DNA of 64,000 nt from an uncultured Bacilli bacterium (GCA_934119965.1 CAKOTA010000003.1:24488-88487); one strand, 5' to 3'. Shown: positions 1 to 11,063, counted from the stretch's first letter. Program-made: numbers and translations. The notes: generated by a model not told the origin, from the letters alone.

Positions 1-687
1 TTTTCTACCACATGTAGCGATATTCTCACTATCTTTACATCCTTTTGATTCATATAATTTAATAACTTCTTTTTGATATTCAATTGAGTCTTCAATGTCC
101 ATACCAATAGCATCAATATTAACTAATTCCTGACCTAATAATGCCATTTTTGATTCTAATTGTTTTTGTTGTTCAGCCATTGAAGCTTGTTTTTGTTTCA
201 TTTGTTCTTGTTTTTCTTTTGATTCTTCAATTGATTTATTGTATTTATCTATTAATGTTTCATTATATTTAGTTAGTTGTTCAGCTACAGCTGTTCGATA
301 AATAAAATCTGTAAAGTCACGAGCACCAAATGTATATTCTAGATAAGCTGATTCACCATTAGATACTTGTAAAAAATTAATAACATCTTTCATTTCTTTT
401 TCTTTAACTTTTATGTCTTGATTTAATTTTTCTATTTCTTTATCTAAGTTAGCCATATCAGTATATAAAGCATTTATTGTATTTTTAATAGTTGCGATAT
501 CATTATTTGCTTGATTAATTTCTTCTTGAGTTTCTGCTTTTTTATTTTCATTGGCTTTAAGCTCATTTTGTTTATCTTCTAATTCTTTTCTTAAATCTCC
601 TAATGTTTGAGCATGGGCAACATCAGGAACAAAAAAAGTTGGAAGTAAAAATACCATAATCATAAATAAATTTACTACTTTTTTCAT
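1..687 (-). CDS. Secreted coiled-coil protein, N-terminal part (PcsB/CwlO-like murein-hydrolase architecture); 3' end lies outside the window
   Basis: The frame is open from the window edge to ATG 687-685, with GAGGTGA upstream. It has a signal peptide (MKKVVNLFMIMVFLLPTFFVPDVAHA) followed by a long K/E/Q-rich heptad region. It is absent from the ORF track because its stop is off-window. Confidence 0.5.
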   Translation of the reverse strand, partial: MKKVVNLFMIMVFLLPTFFVPDVAHAQTLGDLRKELEDKQNELKANENKKAETQEEINQANNDIATIKNTINALYTDMANLDKEIEKLNQDIKVKEKEMKDVINFLQVSNGESAYLEYTFGARDFTDFIYRTAVAEQLTKYNETLIDKYNKSIEESKEKQEQMKQKQASMAEQQKQLESKMALLGQELVNIDAIGMDIEDSIEYQKEVIKLYESKGCKDSENIATCGRK

Positions 688-695
688 AGTTCACC

Positions 696-1325
696 TCAAT
701 CTTTTAGTTCATTACGAATTTTCTTATAATTTGGACAATATTTTTCTACTTGATTCCAAAAACTACGAGAATGATTAAAATGTAAGAAATGCGATAATTC
801 ATGTATTATTACATAATCTATTTTAGAAATATCATATTTAATTAATTCTGAATTAAGGGTTACAGTATTTGTTTTTTTATTGCATACACCCCATCTTGTT
901 TTCATTTTTCTAATTCTCAAATTTGGATAAGGAATATTTTCAGTAAATAAACCATAATTATAATCTAATCGTTCTTTAAATATTTTTTTTATTTGTTTTT
1001 TATACCATTTATTTAAAGTTTCTTCATTTTTAACATAAATTTTATCATCATATAGTTCTACATTACTATCAAGATATATTATATCATATTTCTTTCCTAA
1101 ATAATAGAACAATTCTTTTTTTTCATTTCTTTGTTTCATATTGTTTAGCATTTTAAATAAATAATCATAATTATTATCTAGTAATTTAATAACTTGTTTT
1201 TCTGTTGTAAAATAATTAGTTGTAACATATATATTTAAATCTTCTTTTATTCTAATATAGGTATTTTTATTATTCTTTTTTTCAATATAAACATTACATA
1301 AATAGTCATTAATCTTATATTGCAT
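696..1325 (-). CDS. YgjP-like (DUF45) M48-family metal-dependent hydrolase
   Basis: 209 aa. It has WGVC followed by an HExxH-type motif (HELSHFLHFNHS) near the C-terminus, as in this family. Confidence 0.7.
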   Translation of the reverse strand: MQYKINDYLCNVYIEKKNNKNTYIRIKEDLNIYVTTNYFTTEKQVIKLLDNNYDYLFKMLNNMKQRNEKKELFYYLGKKYDIIYLDSNVELYDDKIYVKNEETLNKWYKKQIKKIFKERLDYNYGLFTENIPYPNLRIRKMKTRWGVCNKKTNTVTLNSELIKYDISKIDYVIIHELSHFLHFNHSRSFWNQVEKYCPNYKKIRNELKD

Positions 1326-1349
1326 AATTCCTCCATTATGGAAAAAAAG

Positions 1350-2081
1350 CTATGCAGCTTTTTTCTTTTCTTCATTTGAATTTGAATTTAATTTTTCCTT
1401 TAAGTTTGGATACATTTTAGCAGCTACATTAAGAATATTTCTATCCGCTAATTCTAATGACATTGCAACATCATCAGACACTTCAAAATGATCATTTTTA
1501 AGAACAGTTATTATAGTCATTTCTCTATCGGTTAATTGTTGAATACTAGAAATCAATTCTTGTTTTTCTTCTTCTGTATAGGCAAAATCTTTTTTTTCAT
1601 TATATTCTTCTATGTCATTATTTCTTAAATATTCTAATAAGGCATCATATCTTTCAGACATTAATTTTTTTTGCTTTAATGATTCAATTTTTAATTTATA
1701 TTTTCTAACTAATTCATTTTGAACTAAAGAATTAAATTCGTAAAAAGTTCTTTTTACATCTAGTAATCTATTACCTTTTCTAGTTAGTAAATGCTCGGAT
1801 AATTTTTTTAATCTTTTATCATAGGCATCTATCATTTGCAATTCATTTTCATAATCTATTCTTTTCAAATTATATTGTTCGAATAAAAACATATATTGTA
1901 AATTATATTTTTCATGTTTTCTTATTTCATCAGTATAGCTATTTTTTGTCATTGCAAAATTATTCTTAAGATTATTTAATTGTTGTTCAGTTAAATATCT
2001 TTTTTTGTCATTATTACGTATCATTTTAAATACTGCAGCTTGTAATGATACTACTTTATTACATCGTTCAACAATATCCAT
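1350..2081 (-). CDS. Hypothetical coiled-coil protein with a possible C-terminal sigma-70 region-4-like HTH
   Basis: The ORF track gives 1350..2123. The start was moved to ATG 2081, which has GGAGGT upstream. The C-terminal LTDREMTIITVL...VAMSLELADRNILN looks HTH-like. No confident family assignment. Confidence 0.4.
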   Translation of the reverse strand: MDIVERCNKVVSLQAAVFKMIRNNDKKRYLTEQQLNNLKNNFAMTKNSYTDEIRKHEKYNLQYMFLFEQYNLKRIDYENELQMIDAYDKRLKKLSEHLLTRKGNRLLDVKRTFYEFNSLVQNELVRKYKLKIESLKQKKLMSERYDALLEYLRNNDIEEYNEKKDFAYTEEEKQELISSIQQLTDREMTIITVLKNDHFEVSDDVAMSLELADRNILNVAAKMYPNLKEKLNSNSNEEKKKAA

Positions 2082-2144
2082 AAGAATAACCTCCGTACTA
2101 TACAAAATTATAACACAAAACAAAAAAGATTACAATGTAATCTC

Positions 2145-3539
2145 TTAAATTAATGACATAATTGCTACTACAATTGTGATAGCAACTAGAACAGTAAATA
2201 AAAATTTATATGTGTTTTTAAACCAGTCTTTATAATCAATATCAAAGTATTTTAATCCAACTACTAGTAATACACTTGTTGGTGCTATAAATTGTACTAA
2301 TCCGTGAATTGATTGAACAATTATCCCCATTACTGAAGCACTACTTGAATAAATACTTGTTATTGGATCATAAATTGTACTCAATAAATATGGTAAGTCA
2401 TTATATAATAAACTTCCTATAAATGAAATTAAGCCAAATGTAATTACATTAAATCCATTAGCTAATCCAAATAAATAATTAGCAATTGTAGGGAAAATTG
2501 TATAACCTGTAGTTGTTGCATTCATTACTAAGAATAATGTGTTAGCAAGTACTGCGAAAAATGCAACTGGTATTAATTGTTTTACTCCACTTATAAATGC
2601 TTCATATATTTCTCTTAAAGTTAATTTATATATTTTTCCAATTAGGAATGTTGTAATTATTAAGATAAATGCTAATTCATAATTAGTCCATTTACCCATC
2701 TCATAGATTGAACCAATTATAAGACTAAATACTGGATATCCACTTATTTTAACACTAGTAATTTTTGTATATAAATCACTAAAGAATGTTATTTTAAATA
2801 ACTCTTCCCAATTAGTCATACCAACTATTAAAACAATCATCATTATAATAAGTGCTACAACTAAACCTGTTGTTTTTTTATATTCTTTCGAACTTATTTT
2901 TTCATATAAAATAGGTTCTTCTTTTGTTTTTGATTTTGATGTTTTAATTATCTTAATTAATAATAAAACTACTACTAATACAAATAACATAATTCGATAT
3001 ATAATTGAATCATTAATATCATTTGTAAAATATGTAATATAACCTGCTACATTAAAACCATAGGTTGATACTAAATTACCAATTAAAATAGAACCGATTG
3101 TTGAAAGCATAGCTGTAAATTTACTATACCCCATCATTATTAATATTGTAGAAAATAATGGTACCAAAATCAATAATGGTAAATCTAAGGCAGTTAAACT
3201 AGATAAAATTACAAATAATAATGTTGTAATTATTAAGAAAGTTTTTTCCTTGTTTTTGAATTTTTTTACTATCTTTTCTACTAAATTTTGATAAGCACCG
3301 GTTTTATTTAAAACACCATAAAATCCTCCAATTGATAATATTATTAGTGCCGTTAAAATAAATACTGAGCTAGTAAGAGTAATAATAGGATATCTTATAA
3401 TATCAAATAATCCTATTGGTGTTATATCTCCTTTTACATATGATCCACTAGAATAATATCCAGTTGGAATAACCCAAGTAAGTACTACATAAACTAAAAA
3501 CACAATTGTTAATGCTTTGAATAAACTTTTCTTTTTCAT
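2145..3539 (-). CDS. YfcC/DcuC-like polytopic membrane transporter
   Basis: About 465 aa with many TM segments. The N-terminal ...LTWVIPTGYY motif is typical of YfcC-family carriers. The start was set at ATG 3539 after GGAGG. Confidence 0.55.
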   Translation of the reverse strand: MKKKSLFKALTIVFLVYVVLTWVIPTGYYSSGSYVKGDITPIGLFDIIRYPIITLTSSVFILTALIILSIGGFYGVLNKTGAYQNLVEKIVKKFKNKEKTFLIITTLLFVILSSLTALDLPLLILVPLFSTILIMMGYSKFTAMLSTIGSILIGNLVSTYGFNVAGYITYFTNDINDSIIYRIMLFVLVVVLLLIKIIKTSKSKTKEEPILYEKISSKEYKKTTGLVVALIIMMIVLIVGMTNWEELFKITFFSDLYTKITSVKISGYPVFSLIIGSIYEMGKWTNYELAFILIITTFLIGKIYKLTLREIYEAFISGVKQLIPVAFFAVLANTLFLVMNATTTGYTIFPTIANYLFGLANGFNVITFGLISFIGSLLYNDLPYLLSTIYDPITSIYSSSASVMGIIVQSIHGLVQFIAPTSVLLVVGLKYFDIDYKDWFKNTYKFLFTVLVAITIVVAIMSLI

Positions 3540-3647
3540 ATTATACCTCCACAATAATTATAGCAAATTCTATTCAATATAGAAAGAAAAATTAATTTTT
3601 TTCACCTTTTTTTCACTTTTTTTAGTATAATATTACTTGGTGGTTTT

Positions 3648-4577
3648 ATGAAATTTAAATATTCACTAGATAATAAAAGATATCACACTTTAAATTATTA
3701 TTATCAAACCAAATTCAATTCTAAGGTTTTTAAGATAAGTCTAAATGCTGGTTTTACTTGTCCCAATATAGATGGTACTAAAGGAATTGGCGGCTGTATT
3801 TATTGTTCTAATACCGGAAGTGGCGAATATGGTGGCAATGTTAATGACGATTTAATAACACAATTCAATAATATTAAAAGTATATTACATAAGAAATGGC
3901 CTAATGGAAAATATATTGGATATTTTCAAGCTCATACTAATACTTATGCTGATATTAATATTTTAAAAGAAAAATATGAAACTATTTTAAATTTGGATAA
4001 TGTTATTGGTTTGTCGATTGCTACCAGACCAGATGCAATTAGCGAAGAATGTTATAAATATTTAGATGAATTAAATAAAAAAACATTTTTAACTATTGAA
4101 CTAGGTTTGCAAACAATTCATGAAAATACTTCGAAATTAATTAATAGATGTCATTCATTAGATTGTTTTGAAAAATGTGTTCAAAGATTAAGAAATTTAA
4201 ATATAAATGTAGTAGTTCATATTATCAATGGCCTACCTTATGAAACAAAGGATATGATGATAGAAACTATCAAATATTTAAATAAATTGGATATTCAAGG
4301 AATTAAAATTCATATGTTATCAGTTTTAAAAAATACAAAATTAGAAAAATTGTATAAAGAAGAGAATTTCAAAATTTTAACTAAAGAAGAATATATTGAT
4401 ATTGTTTGTGATCAATTGGAATATTTAAGGCCAGAAATTGTAATTAATAGAATTACTGCTGATCCAAAAATTGATGATTTAATTGAACCAGAATGGTTAA
4501 TTAAAAAATTCTGTGTTTTAAATGATATTGATAAGGAATTAGTAAGAAGGGATAGTTATCAAGGTTGTAAACTTTAA
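3648..4577 (+). CDS. TIGR01212-family radical SAM protein (YtqA/YhcC-like)
   Basis: 309 aa. It has a Cys cluster (CPNIDGTKGIGGCIYC) and the length and layout typical of this family. Confidence 0.75.
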   Translation: MKFKYSLDNKRYHTLNYYYQTKFNSKVFKISLNAGFTCPNIDGTKGIGGCIYCSNTGSGEYGGNVNDDLITQFNNIKSILHKKWPNGKYIGYFQAHTNTYADINILKEKYETILNLDNVIGLSIATRPDAISEECYKYLDELNKKTFLTIELGLQTIHENTSKLINRCHSLDCFEKCVQRLRNLNINVVVHIINGLPYETKDMMIETIKYLNKLDIQGIKIHMLSVLKNTKLEKLYKEENFKILTKEEYIDIVCDQLEYLRPEIVINRITADPKIDDLIEPEWLIKKFCVLNDIDKELVRRDSYQGCKL

Positions 4578-4586
4578 TAACTTTTT

Positions 4587-5471
4587 TTATATTTCTTGCA
4601 ATTCATAAGTAGTATTAAAAATTCTCTCATCGCTACAATATGACATTATATATTTATCTTCTTCTTTAGTAATTATTATTCCTATAGTATTATTTTCTTC
4701 TATCGTTTTTATATTTTTATTCACATAATTCATATAGGTTTCTATTTGCCCTATATGTTCTTTTTTTAGCTTTGTTATTTTTAGTTCTACTACAACATAA
4801 CATTTATATTTTATATTATATAAAAGCAAATCAATATAATTATAACTATTTCCTATTTTTATTTTATATTCATTTTCTATGAATGCAAAACCCTCACCTA
4901 ACTCTTTCAAAAAATTATTCATATTTTCTAAGATTAATTGTTGCAACATCTTTTCTTTTATTATTTCTTTATTTGTATTTAATATTATGGGATTTTTTAC
5001 TAAATCTTGTACATCTAATTTATTATCGTTTTTTAATTTTTCTTTTGTTTTTTCATCTAATCTTTCATATTCATTTGATTTTATTTTTTTCCTTAATTCT
5101 CTTTTACTTAAGTGTTTATCTTCGCATACTTTTATATAATAATTGATTTCGTCTATATTTTTTAATGGTAAAAGTTCAATGAAATGACTCCAACTCAATT
5201 GGCCAGCCAATGGCTGACCTTTATCTATTAAATAATAAAATTGACGCATATACTTTAAACTAGTTACTGTATATCCTTTTCCCAATTCATTTGTTAATTT
5301 TTCAGAATATTTTTTTATTATTCCTTCACCATAATTTTTCCCTGCTTCGCTTAACATTTTTCCGACATTGTAATATGTTTGTAAATCGCTTCTATTTTTA
5401 CTGTAATCTTTTACTTTTTTGTATATCTCATTATTGATTAATTCTTGTTTAATAATTTCATAATAATTCAT
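4587..5471 (-). CDS. DUF1016/YhcG-family PD-(D/E)XK nuclease-like protein
   Basis: The N-terminus (MNYYEIIKQEL...YYNVGKMLSEAG) and the C-terminal IDLLLYN...VVVELK (D...ExK) motif fit this family. The start was set at ATG 5471, preceded by AGGAGG. Confidence 0.65.
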   Translation of the reverse strand: MNYYEIIKQELINNEIYKKVKDYSKNRSDLQTYYNVGKMLSEAGKNYGEGIIKKYSEKLTNELGKGYTVTSLKYMRQFYYLIDKGQPLAGQLSWSHFIELLPLKNIDEINYYIKVCEDKHLSKRELRKKIKSNEYERLDEKTKEKLKNDNKLDVQDLVKNPIILNTNKEIIKEKMLQQLILENMNNFLKELGEGFAFIENEYKIKIGNSYNYIDLLLYNIKYKCYVVVELKITKLKKEHIGQIETYMNYVNKNIKTIEENNTIGIIITKEEDKYIMSYCSDERIFNTTYELQEI

Positions 5472-5472
5472 T

Positions 5473-6370
5473 TTAAGCCTCCTGTAATTCATAAGTAGTA
5501 TTAAAAATTCTTTCATCACTACAATATGACATTATGTATTTATTATCTTCTTTAGTAATTATTATTCCTATTGTTTTATCTTGATTTATATTTTTAATAT
5601 TTTTATCAATATAATTCATATAAGTTTCTATTTGTCCTATATGTTCTTTTTTTTAGTTTTGTTATTTTTAGTTCTACTACGACAAAACAATTATAAGTAT
5701 AATTAAATAATAATAAATCTATATAATTATAACTGTTTCCTATTTTTATTTTGTATTCACTTTTTATAAATGAAAAACCATTGCCTAATTGTTCTAAAAA
5801 ATCCTCCATATTTTCCAAAATTAATTGTTGTAACATCTTTTCTTTTATTATTTCTTTATTTGTATTTAATATTATAGGATTTTTTACTAAATCTTGTACC
5901 TCTAATTTATTATCGTTTTTTAATTTTTCTTTTGTTTTTTCATCTAATCTTTCATATTCTTTTGATTTTATTTTCTCTCTTAACTCCCTCACAGATAAAT
6001 TTTGTTCTTCTGATATCATAATGTAGTAATTTAGAATATCCTTACTATCCTTTAAACATAATAATTCGACATAATGACTCCAGTTCAATTTTCCAGACAT
6101 TGTCTGGAAAATTTGATTATTGTATATAAGATAATAAAAATTAAGCATATTATATAACGAACTTTTTGTATATTTCTTATTCACCTCTTCAATTAATTTT
6201 TCAGAATATTTTTTTATTATTCTTTCACCATAATGTTTACCTGCTTCACTTAATATTTTTCCGACATTATAATAAGTTTGTAAATCACTTCTATTTTTAC
6301 TATAATCTTTTACCTTTTTATAAACTTCATTTTTTATTAATTCTTCTTTTATTTCTGTATAATAATCCAT
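5473..6370 (-). pseudogene. Frameshifted tandem paralogue of the DUF1016/YhcG-family gene
   Basis: It is highly similar to 4587..5471. The + strand T-run is 8 nt here (5647-5654) against 7 nt in the intact copy (4761-4767). Removing one base restores ...KKEHIGQIETYMNY...TTYELQEA with a stop at 5473-5475. Confidence 0.6.
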
Positions 6371-6432
6371 AATTCCTCCTTAAATGTAATCTACATTAAC
6401 ACTTAAAAAGTAAAAATTTTGTCAAAAAAAAT

Positions 6433-7065
6433 CTATACTTTCGTATAAACTTTATTTTCAATCCTATTAACAGCATTTTCAAGTTCATCAGGATAACAAT
6501 CTGCTAAAGGAACTATCAATCTCCTAATATCCATAACTTCTCTTATATCTATTCCATCAAAATTATTAGATAACACTTCATAAAATAAATTCTCAACATC
6601 TTGTTTTACTTTTTCATCTAAAGTTAAACCTGTCATTCTTTTAACAATTTTTGATAATACTCTTTGATAACTATCCCATTCCTTAATAATAATATTAGGA
6701 TTTTCTAAAGGATAACATTTTTTATCTGGAACTGGCATTAAATTTTTCCCCATCGATGGTCTTTCATCATAACTATACTTACAACCTGTATTAGTTAACA
6801 TAGAACAAGTTGTTTTCATTGAAATCAAATCAATTATTTCCCTATTAGTGTTTCTAGCTCTAAGATATAAAAATGGATTAGCATACATTTTTCCATTAGG
6901 CAATTTTTCAAAATTTATTGTAGCTACTACTGATATATTTCCTTCTTCTAATTTTTTTAATAATCCATTAAAGGATAAATCAACAAAATCTTTTGGCAAA
7001 TAATCACATCCTGATTTTTTACAACAAGCTCCACCACATTTTTTACATATCTCTAAATTTTCCAT
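6433..7065 (-). CDS. YkgJ-type cysteine-cluster (CxxCxxxCC) protein
   Basis: 210 aa with the N-terminal motif CKKCGGACCKKSGCDY. Confidence 0.45.
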   Translation of the reverse strand: MENLEICKKCGGACCKKSGCDYLPKDFVDLSFNGLLKKLEEGNISVVATINFEKLPNGKMYANPFLYLRARNTNREIIDLISMKTTCSMLTNTGCKYSYDERPSMGKNLMPVPDKKCYPLENPNIIIKEWDSYQRVLSKIVKRMTGLTLDEKVKQDVENLFYEVLSNNFDGIDIREVMDIRRLIVPLADCYPDELENAVNRIENKVYTKV

Positions 7066-7107
7066 TTTATCATCCCCTTAACGATTAAATATTATATCAA
7101 AAAAAGT

Positions 7108-9252
7108 TTAAATTTCCAATAAACTTAAACTTACTTTTTCTTTTTCTTCATTTATTTCTAAAACATAACAATCAACTATATCACCAACTGACAAAATTTC
7201 ACTTGGATGTTTAATATAACTATCAGTTATTTTTGAAATATGAACTAAACCATCATTATGTAATCCTATATCAATAAATGCCCCAAAATCAACAACATTT
7301 CTTACTGTACCTTGTAACTTCATACCAACTTTTAAATCTTTGATATTTAAAACATCACTTTTTAGTACTGGTTGTGGCATTTCATCTCTAGGATCTCTGT
7401 TTGGTTTCTTTAAAGAAGAAACAATATCTTCTAAAGTATAAATATCCGTATTTAATTTATTTTTATATTCATCTAAATTAATATTATCTAATTTATTAAT
7501 TAGTTCATTTGTTCCAATATCATCTAAATTACAATTTAATTCTTTCAATAATTTCAAAGTTATATCATAGCTTTCTGGATGGATTCCTGTTTCATCCAAA
7601 ATATTATTTCCTTCAGTAATTCTTAAAAAACCTATTGCTTGTTCATATACTTTATCAGATAATATTTTTTTCTTTTTAATTTCTTCTCTTGAATTAAATC
7701 TTCCAAAATTATTTCGGTATTCAATTATTTTATCAATATTTTTTTTAGTAATTCCCGAAACATATTTCAATAATGAAGTTGAAGCTGTATTAATATTAAC
7801 ACCAACACTATTAACTGCTTTAGAAACGACAAAATCTAATCTTGTTTTTAATTCTTTCTCAGGTACATCGTGTTGATAAAGTCCTACTCCAATACCATCA
7901 GGTGGAATTTTTACAAGTTCAGCTAAAGGATCTTGTAATCTTCTTCCAATCGAAACAGCACTTCTTTCATTAGGAGATAAGTCTGGAAATTCCTCACTAG
8001 CAACTTTTTCCGTACTATATATTGAAGCTCCTGCTTCAGAAACAATTACATATTTAACAGTTAACTTATTTTCTCGTATTAAATCAGCACATAGTTTTTC
8101 ACTTTCTCTTGACGCAGTTCCATTTCCAATAACAATGATATCTATATTGTATTTTTTTATTAAATCTAATAAAACAGCTTTACTTTGTTCTAAATACTTT
8201 TCATTGTTACAAAAAGGTTTAATTATTGTAGAGGTTAAGTATTTACCAGTTTTATCAATTACCGCTAATTTACAACCATTTACAAAACCTGGATCAAAAG
8301 CTAAAACTACTTTTTCTTTCATTGGTGGAGTTAGCAACAATGCTTCTAAATTTTTGCCAAAATTTTCTATTGCTGCTTCATTAGCTATTTCAGTTAAATC
8401 ACTTCTTATTTCTCTTTCTACGGATGGGAAGATTAATCTTTTATAACTATCTAGTATTGCTTCACTAACATATATAGCCGTAAAAGAATTTTTATTTTTA
8501 ATTATTTTATTTTCTAAATATTCAATTATTTTAGTATTATCTATATTAATACTAACTGAAAGAATATTTTCTTTTTCAGCTCTATTTAAAGCTAAAACAC
8601 GATGAGGCTTAATTTTATTTACTTCTTCTTTATAATCATAATACATTTCATATTTTATATCTTCAGCATTTTTCTTTTTTTTAGATTCAATTATTCCATA
8701 ACGATACATACTATTTCTTATATATTTACGATAGTAAGCATTATCACTAATCCATTCTGCAATTATGTATTTTGCGCCTTCTAAAGCTTTATCTGTATTT
8801 TCCACTTTTTCTGTTATGAATTTCTTACATATTGTTTCAATATCGCCCGTAGTTGGAAACGACATTATTATTTTAGCAAGTGGCTCTAATCCGTTATTTA
8901 TAGCATCTGTGGCTTTTGTTTTTTTCTTTTCTTTATATGGCCTATATAAATCTTCAACTTCTACTAATTTTGTACATTCCATTATTTTATTTTTTAATTC
9001 ATCTGTCATTAATCCTTTTTCATCAATTAATCTAATTACATCTTCTTTTCTTTTTAATAAATTTATTTGATATTGATATACAGCATCAATGCTTCTAATT
9101 TTTTCTTCATCTAAAGCTCCTGTTGCTTCTTTACGGTATCTAGCAATAAATGGAACAGTATTTCCTTCTTGTAATAATTCTAATGTTTTTTCAATTTGTT
9201 TTTCATTTATATTTAAGTTTAAACTAATTTCTTTTATTATATCTTGATTCAT
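7108..9252 (-). CDS. tex: Tex-like transcription accessory protein with C-terminal S1 domain
   Basis: 714 aa. It has the N-terminal Tex motif (VPFIARYRKEATG), a YqgF-like and HhH region, and a C-terminal S1 domain (GTVRNVVDFGAFIDIG). Confidence 0.9.
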   Translation of the reverse strand: MNQDIIKEISLNLNINEKQIEKTLELLQEGNTVPFIARYRKEATGALDEEKIRSIDAVYQYQINLLKRKEDVIRLIDEKGLMTDELKNKIMECTKLVEVEDLYRPYKEKKKTKATDAINNGLEPLAKIIMSFPTTGDIETICKKFITEKVENTDKALEGAKYIIAEWISDNAYYRKYIRNSMYRYGIIESKKKKNAEDIKYEMYYDYKEEVNKIKPHRVLALNRAEKENILSVSINIDNTKIIEYLENKIIKNKNSFTAIYVSEAILDSYKRLIFPSVEREIRSDLTEIANEAAIENFGKNLEALLLTPPMKEKVVLAFDPGFVNGCKLAVIDKTGKYLTSTIIKPFCNNEKYLEQSKAVLLDLIKKYNIDIIVIGNGTASRESEKLCADLIRENKLTVKYVIVSEAGASIYSTEKVASEEFPDLSPNERSAVSIGRRLQDPLAELVKIPPDGIGVGLYQHDVPEKELKTRLDFVVSKAVNSVGVNINTASTSLLKYVSGITKKNIDKIIEYRNNFGRFNSREEIKKKKILSDKVYEQAIGFLRITEGNNILDETGIHPESYDITLKLLKELNCNLDDIGTNELINKLDNINLDEYKNKLNTDIYTLEDIVSSLKKPNRDPRDEMPQPVLKSDVLNIKDLKVGMKLQGTVRNVVDFGAFIDIGLHNDGLVHISKITDSYIKHPSEILSVGDIVDCYVLEINEEKEKVSLSLLEI

Positions 9253-9277
9253 ATTTCCTCCTAAAAAAAGATAGATT

Positions 9278-9835
9278 TTACATACTATCTATTAGTGCTT
9301 TAAAACGATTTTTATATTTCAAAGCTTCTATTTTCCCTTCTTTAATTTTTAATCTATCTAAATAAGTTAATTTATCTTTTTCAAATATTTGAGTTAATGA
9401 GTTTAAAGATTTCCTTTGTTTTTCTGTTATTGAAATAGGACTTTCAATTAATAGATATTTTTTAAAATTAAATATTATTATTTCGCCTTTATCAGCAAAA
9501 TAACTTGCTAATTTAATTAATAACTCATAATTTTCTACATTATAATCTATTTTTAATTCATTTAATTTTTCTAATTCTTCTTCATATCTATCTAGTGTAT
9601 AATCATAAAATTCGCTCATATATGTTTTAGTTTTTATATTTTCATCTATTTCTTTTCTTTTAATATTATCATTTTCTACTTTTTTTGAATATTTATTTAT
9701 TATGTCCATCTCATCTGGAGTTGCTACTTTAAGATCTAATTTATCTTGTCTATTCAAATTTTCAAATAGAAAATCAATTTCTCCATCATTTTTCGAATCA
9801 TTATGAACTACAATCATTTTTATATCTTGATTCAT
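9278..9835 (-). CDS. Hypothetical protein
   Basis: A 185-aa ORF with AGGTGG upstream, lying between dinB and tex on the same strand. No recognisable motif. Confidence 0.45.
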   Translation of the reverse strand: MNQDIKMIVVHNDSKNDGEIDFLFENLNRQDKLDLKVATPDEMDIINKYSKKVENDNIKRKEIDENIKTKTYMSEFYDYTLDRYEEELEKLNELKIDYNVENYELLIKLASYFADKGEIIIFNFKKYLLIESPISITEKQRKSLNSLTQIFEKDKLTYLDRLKIKEGKIEALKYKNRFKALIDSM

Positions 9836-9856
9836 ATTACCACCTATACAATTGTA

Positions 9857-11047
9857 TCATAATTTCTTTTTTAAGTCAGCATTTTCAATTATTTTATCAC
9901 CATATTTTTCTTTTAATTTATCTAAAGCTTTATCTAAATTACTATTTATATTAATTTTTTCATTATTTTCAAATAATGATCTTTGATAATTATAGTTTTC
10001 AACTAGATTATCTAGTCTAATTCCTATTAATCTGACACTATCATCATTCCACATATCATTTAATATTTGCTTTGACACTTCAAATATATCAATCGATGAA
10101 TTTATAGGATTTAGTAGTTTTTTTTGATGAGTTTTTCTTTTAAAATATTTATCTTTTATAATAACAGCCACAACATAAGCATATCTATTTTGTTTTCTAA
10201 GCCTAAGCCCTACTTTATTGGATAAAAATAGTAAATTATCATACAGTTCTGTTTTATTAGTTACATCTTTTTGTAATGTTATTTCATTACTTATACCTTT
10301 ACATATTACTTCTTCACTTACAACTCTATCTTTGTTAATTCCATTAGCACTTTCGATTAAAGATAAACTCATATTTTTAAAATATGGTCTTAATTTTTCT
10401 ACTGAAGTATTAGCCAAATCACCTATTGTATTTATATCTAATTTTAATAGTTTTTCGGTACTTCTTTTACCTACTCCAAATAAATCACTTATTGGAAGTG
10501 GCCACATTTTTTCTTTAACTTCTTCATCAAATAATGTATGTATTTTATTTGGTTTACTAAAATCACTTGCCATTTTAGCACATAACTTATTATTAGCAAT
10601 CCCAATGTTAACAGTAAAACCTAATGTTTCATTTATTTCCTTTTGTAGTTTTTTAGCAAATTCTAAAGGACTACCATATATTTTTTTAATATTTGTGTAT
10701 TCTAAATAACATTCATCAATTGAAGCTATTTCAACATCAGGTGTATATTTTTTAATTATATTAAATAATTTCCTAGACATTTCTTGATAATAGGGATAAT
10801 TCATTGGATAAGTTTTAAGAGCTGGACATTTACTTCTTGCTGAATAAAGTGTTTCACCAGTTACAACGCCTAATTTTTTAGCTGGAGTGGATTTTGCTAA
10901 AACAATACCTCTTCTAGATTTTTCATCACCACCTATAACAGCATAACTATTTCTTATATCATATTTGCTGCCGTTATTAAGTAAATATACTGCTGTCCAA
11001 GATAAAAAAGCATTATTTACATCTATATGCATCACTATTCTATCCAT
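9857..11047 (-). CDS. dinB: DNA polymerase IV (Y-family)
   Basis: It has HIDVNNAFLSW, SIDECYL and the typical Y-family layout. The start was set at ATG 11047 after GGTGAT. Confidence 0.9.
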   Translation of the reverse strand: MDRIVMHIDVNNAFLSWTAVYLLNNGSKYDIRNSYAVIGGDEKSRRGIVLAKSTPAKKLGVVTGETLYSARSKCPALKTYPMNYPYYQEMSRKLFNIIKKYTPDVEIASIDECYLEYTNIKKIYGSPLEFAKKLQKEINETLGFTVNIGIANNKLCAKMASDFSKPNKIHTLFDEEVKEKMWPLPISDLFGVGKRSTEKLLKLDINTIGDLANTSVEKLRPYFKNMSLSLIESANGINKDRVVSEEVICKGISNEITLQKDVTNKTELYDNLLFLSNKVGLRLRKQNRYAYVVAVIIKDKYFKRKTHQKKLLNPINSSIDIFEVSKQILNDMWNDDSVRLIGIRLDNLVENYNYQRSLFENNEKININSNLDKALDKLKEKYGDKIIENADLKKKL

Positions 11048-11063
11048 AAATATCACCACATTC

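Noticed and set aside
4879-6372. Plus-strand ORFs 4879..5139, 4883..5146, 5751..6026 and 6166..6372 inside the DUF1016 genes.
   Set aside because: They are antisense shadows of well-supported minus-strand genes. Their composition is low-complexity and F/L/I/S-rich, as expected from reading AT-rich coding DNA backwards, and none has an SD.
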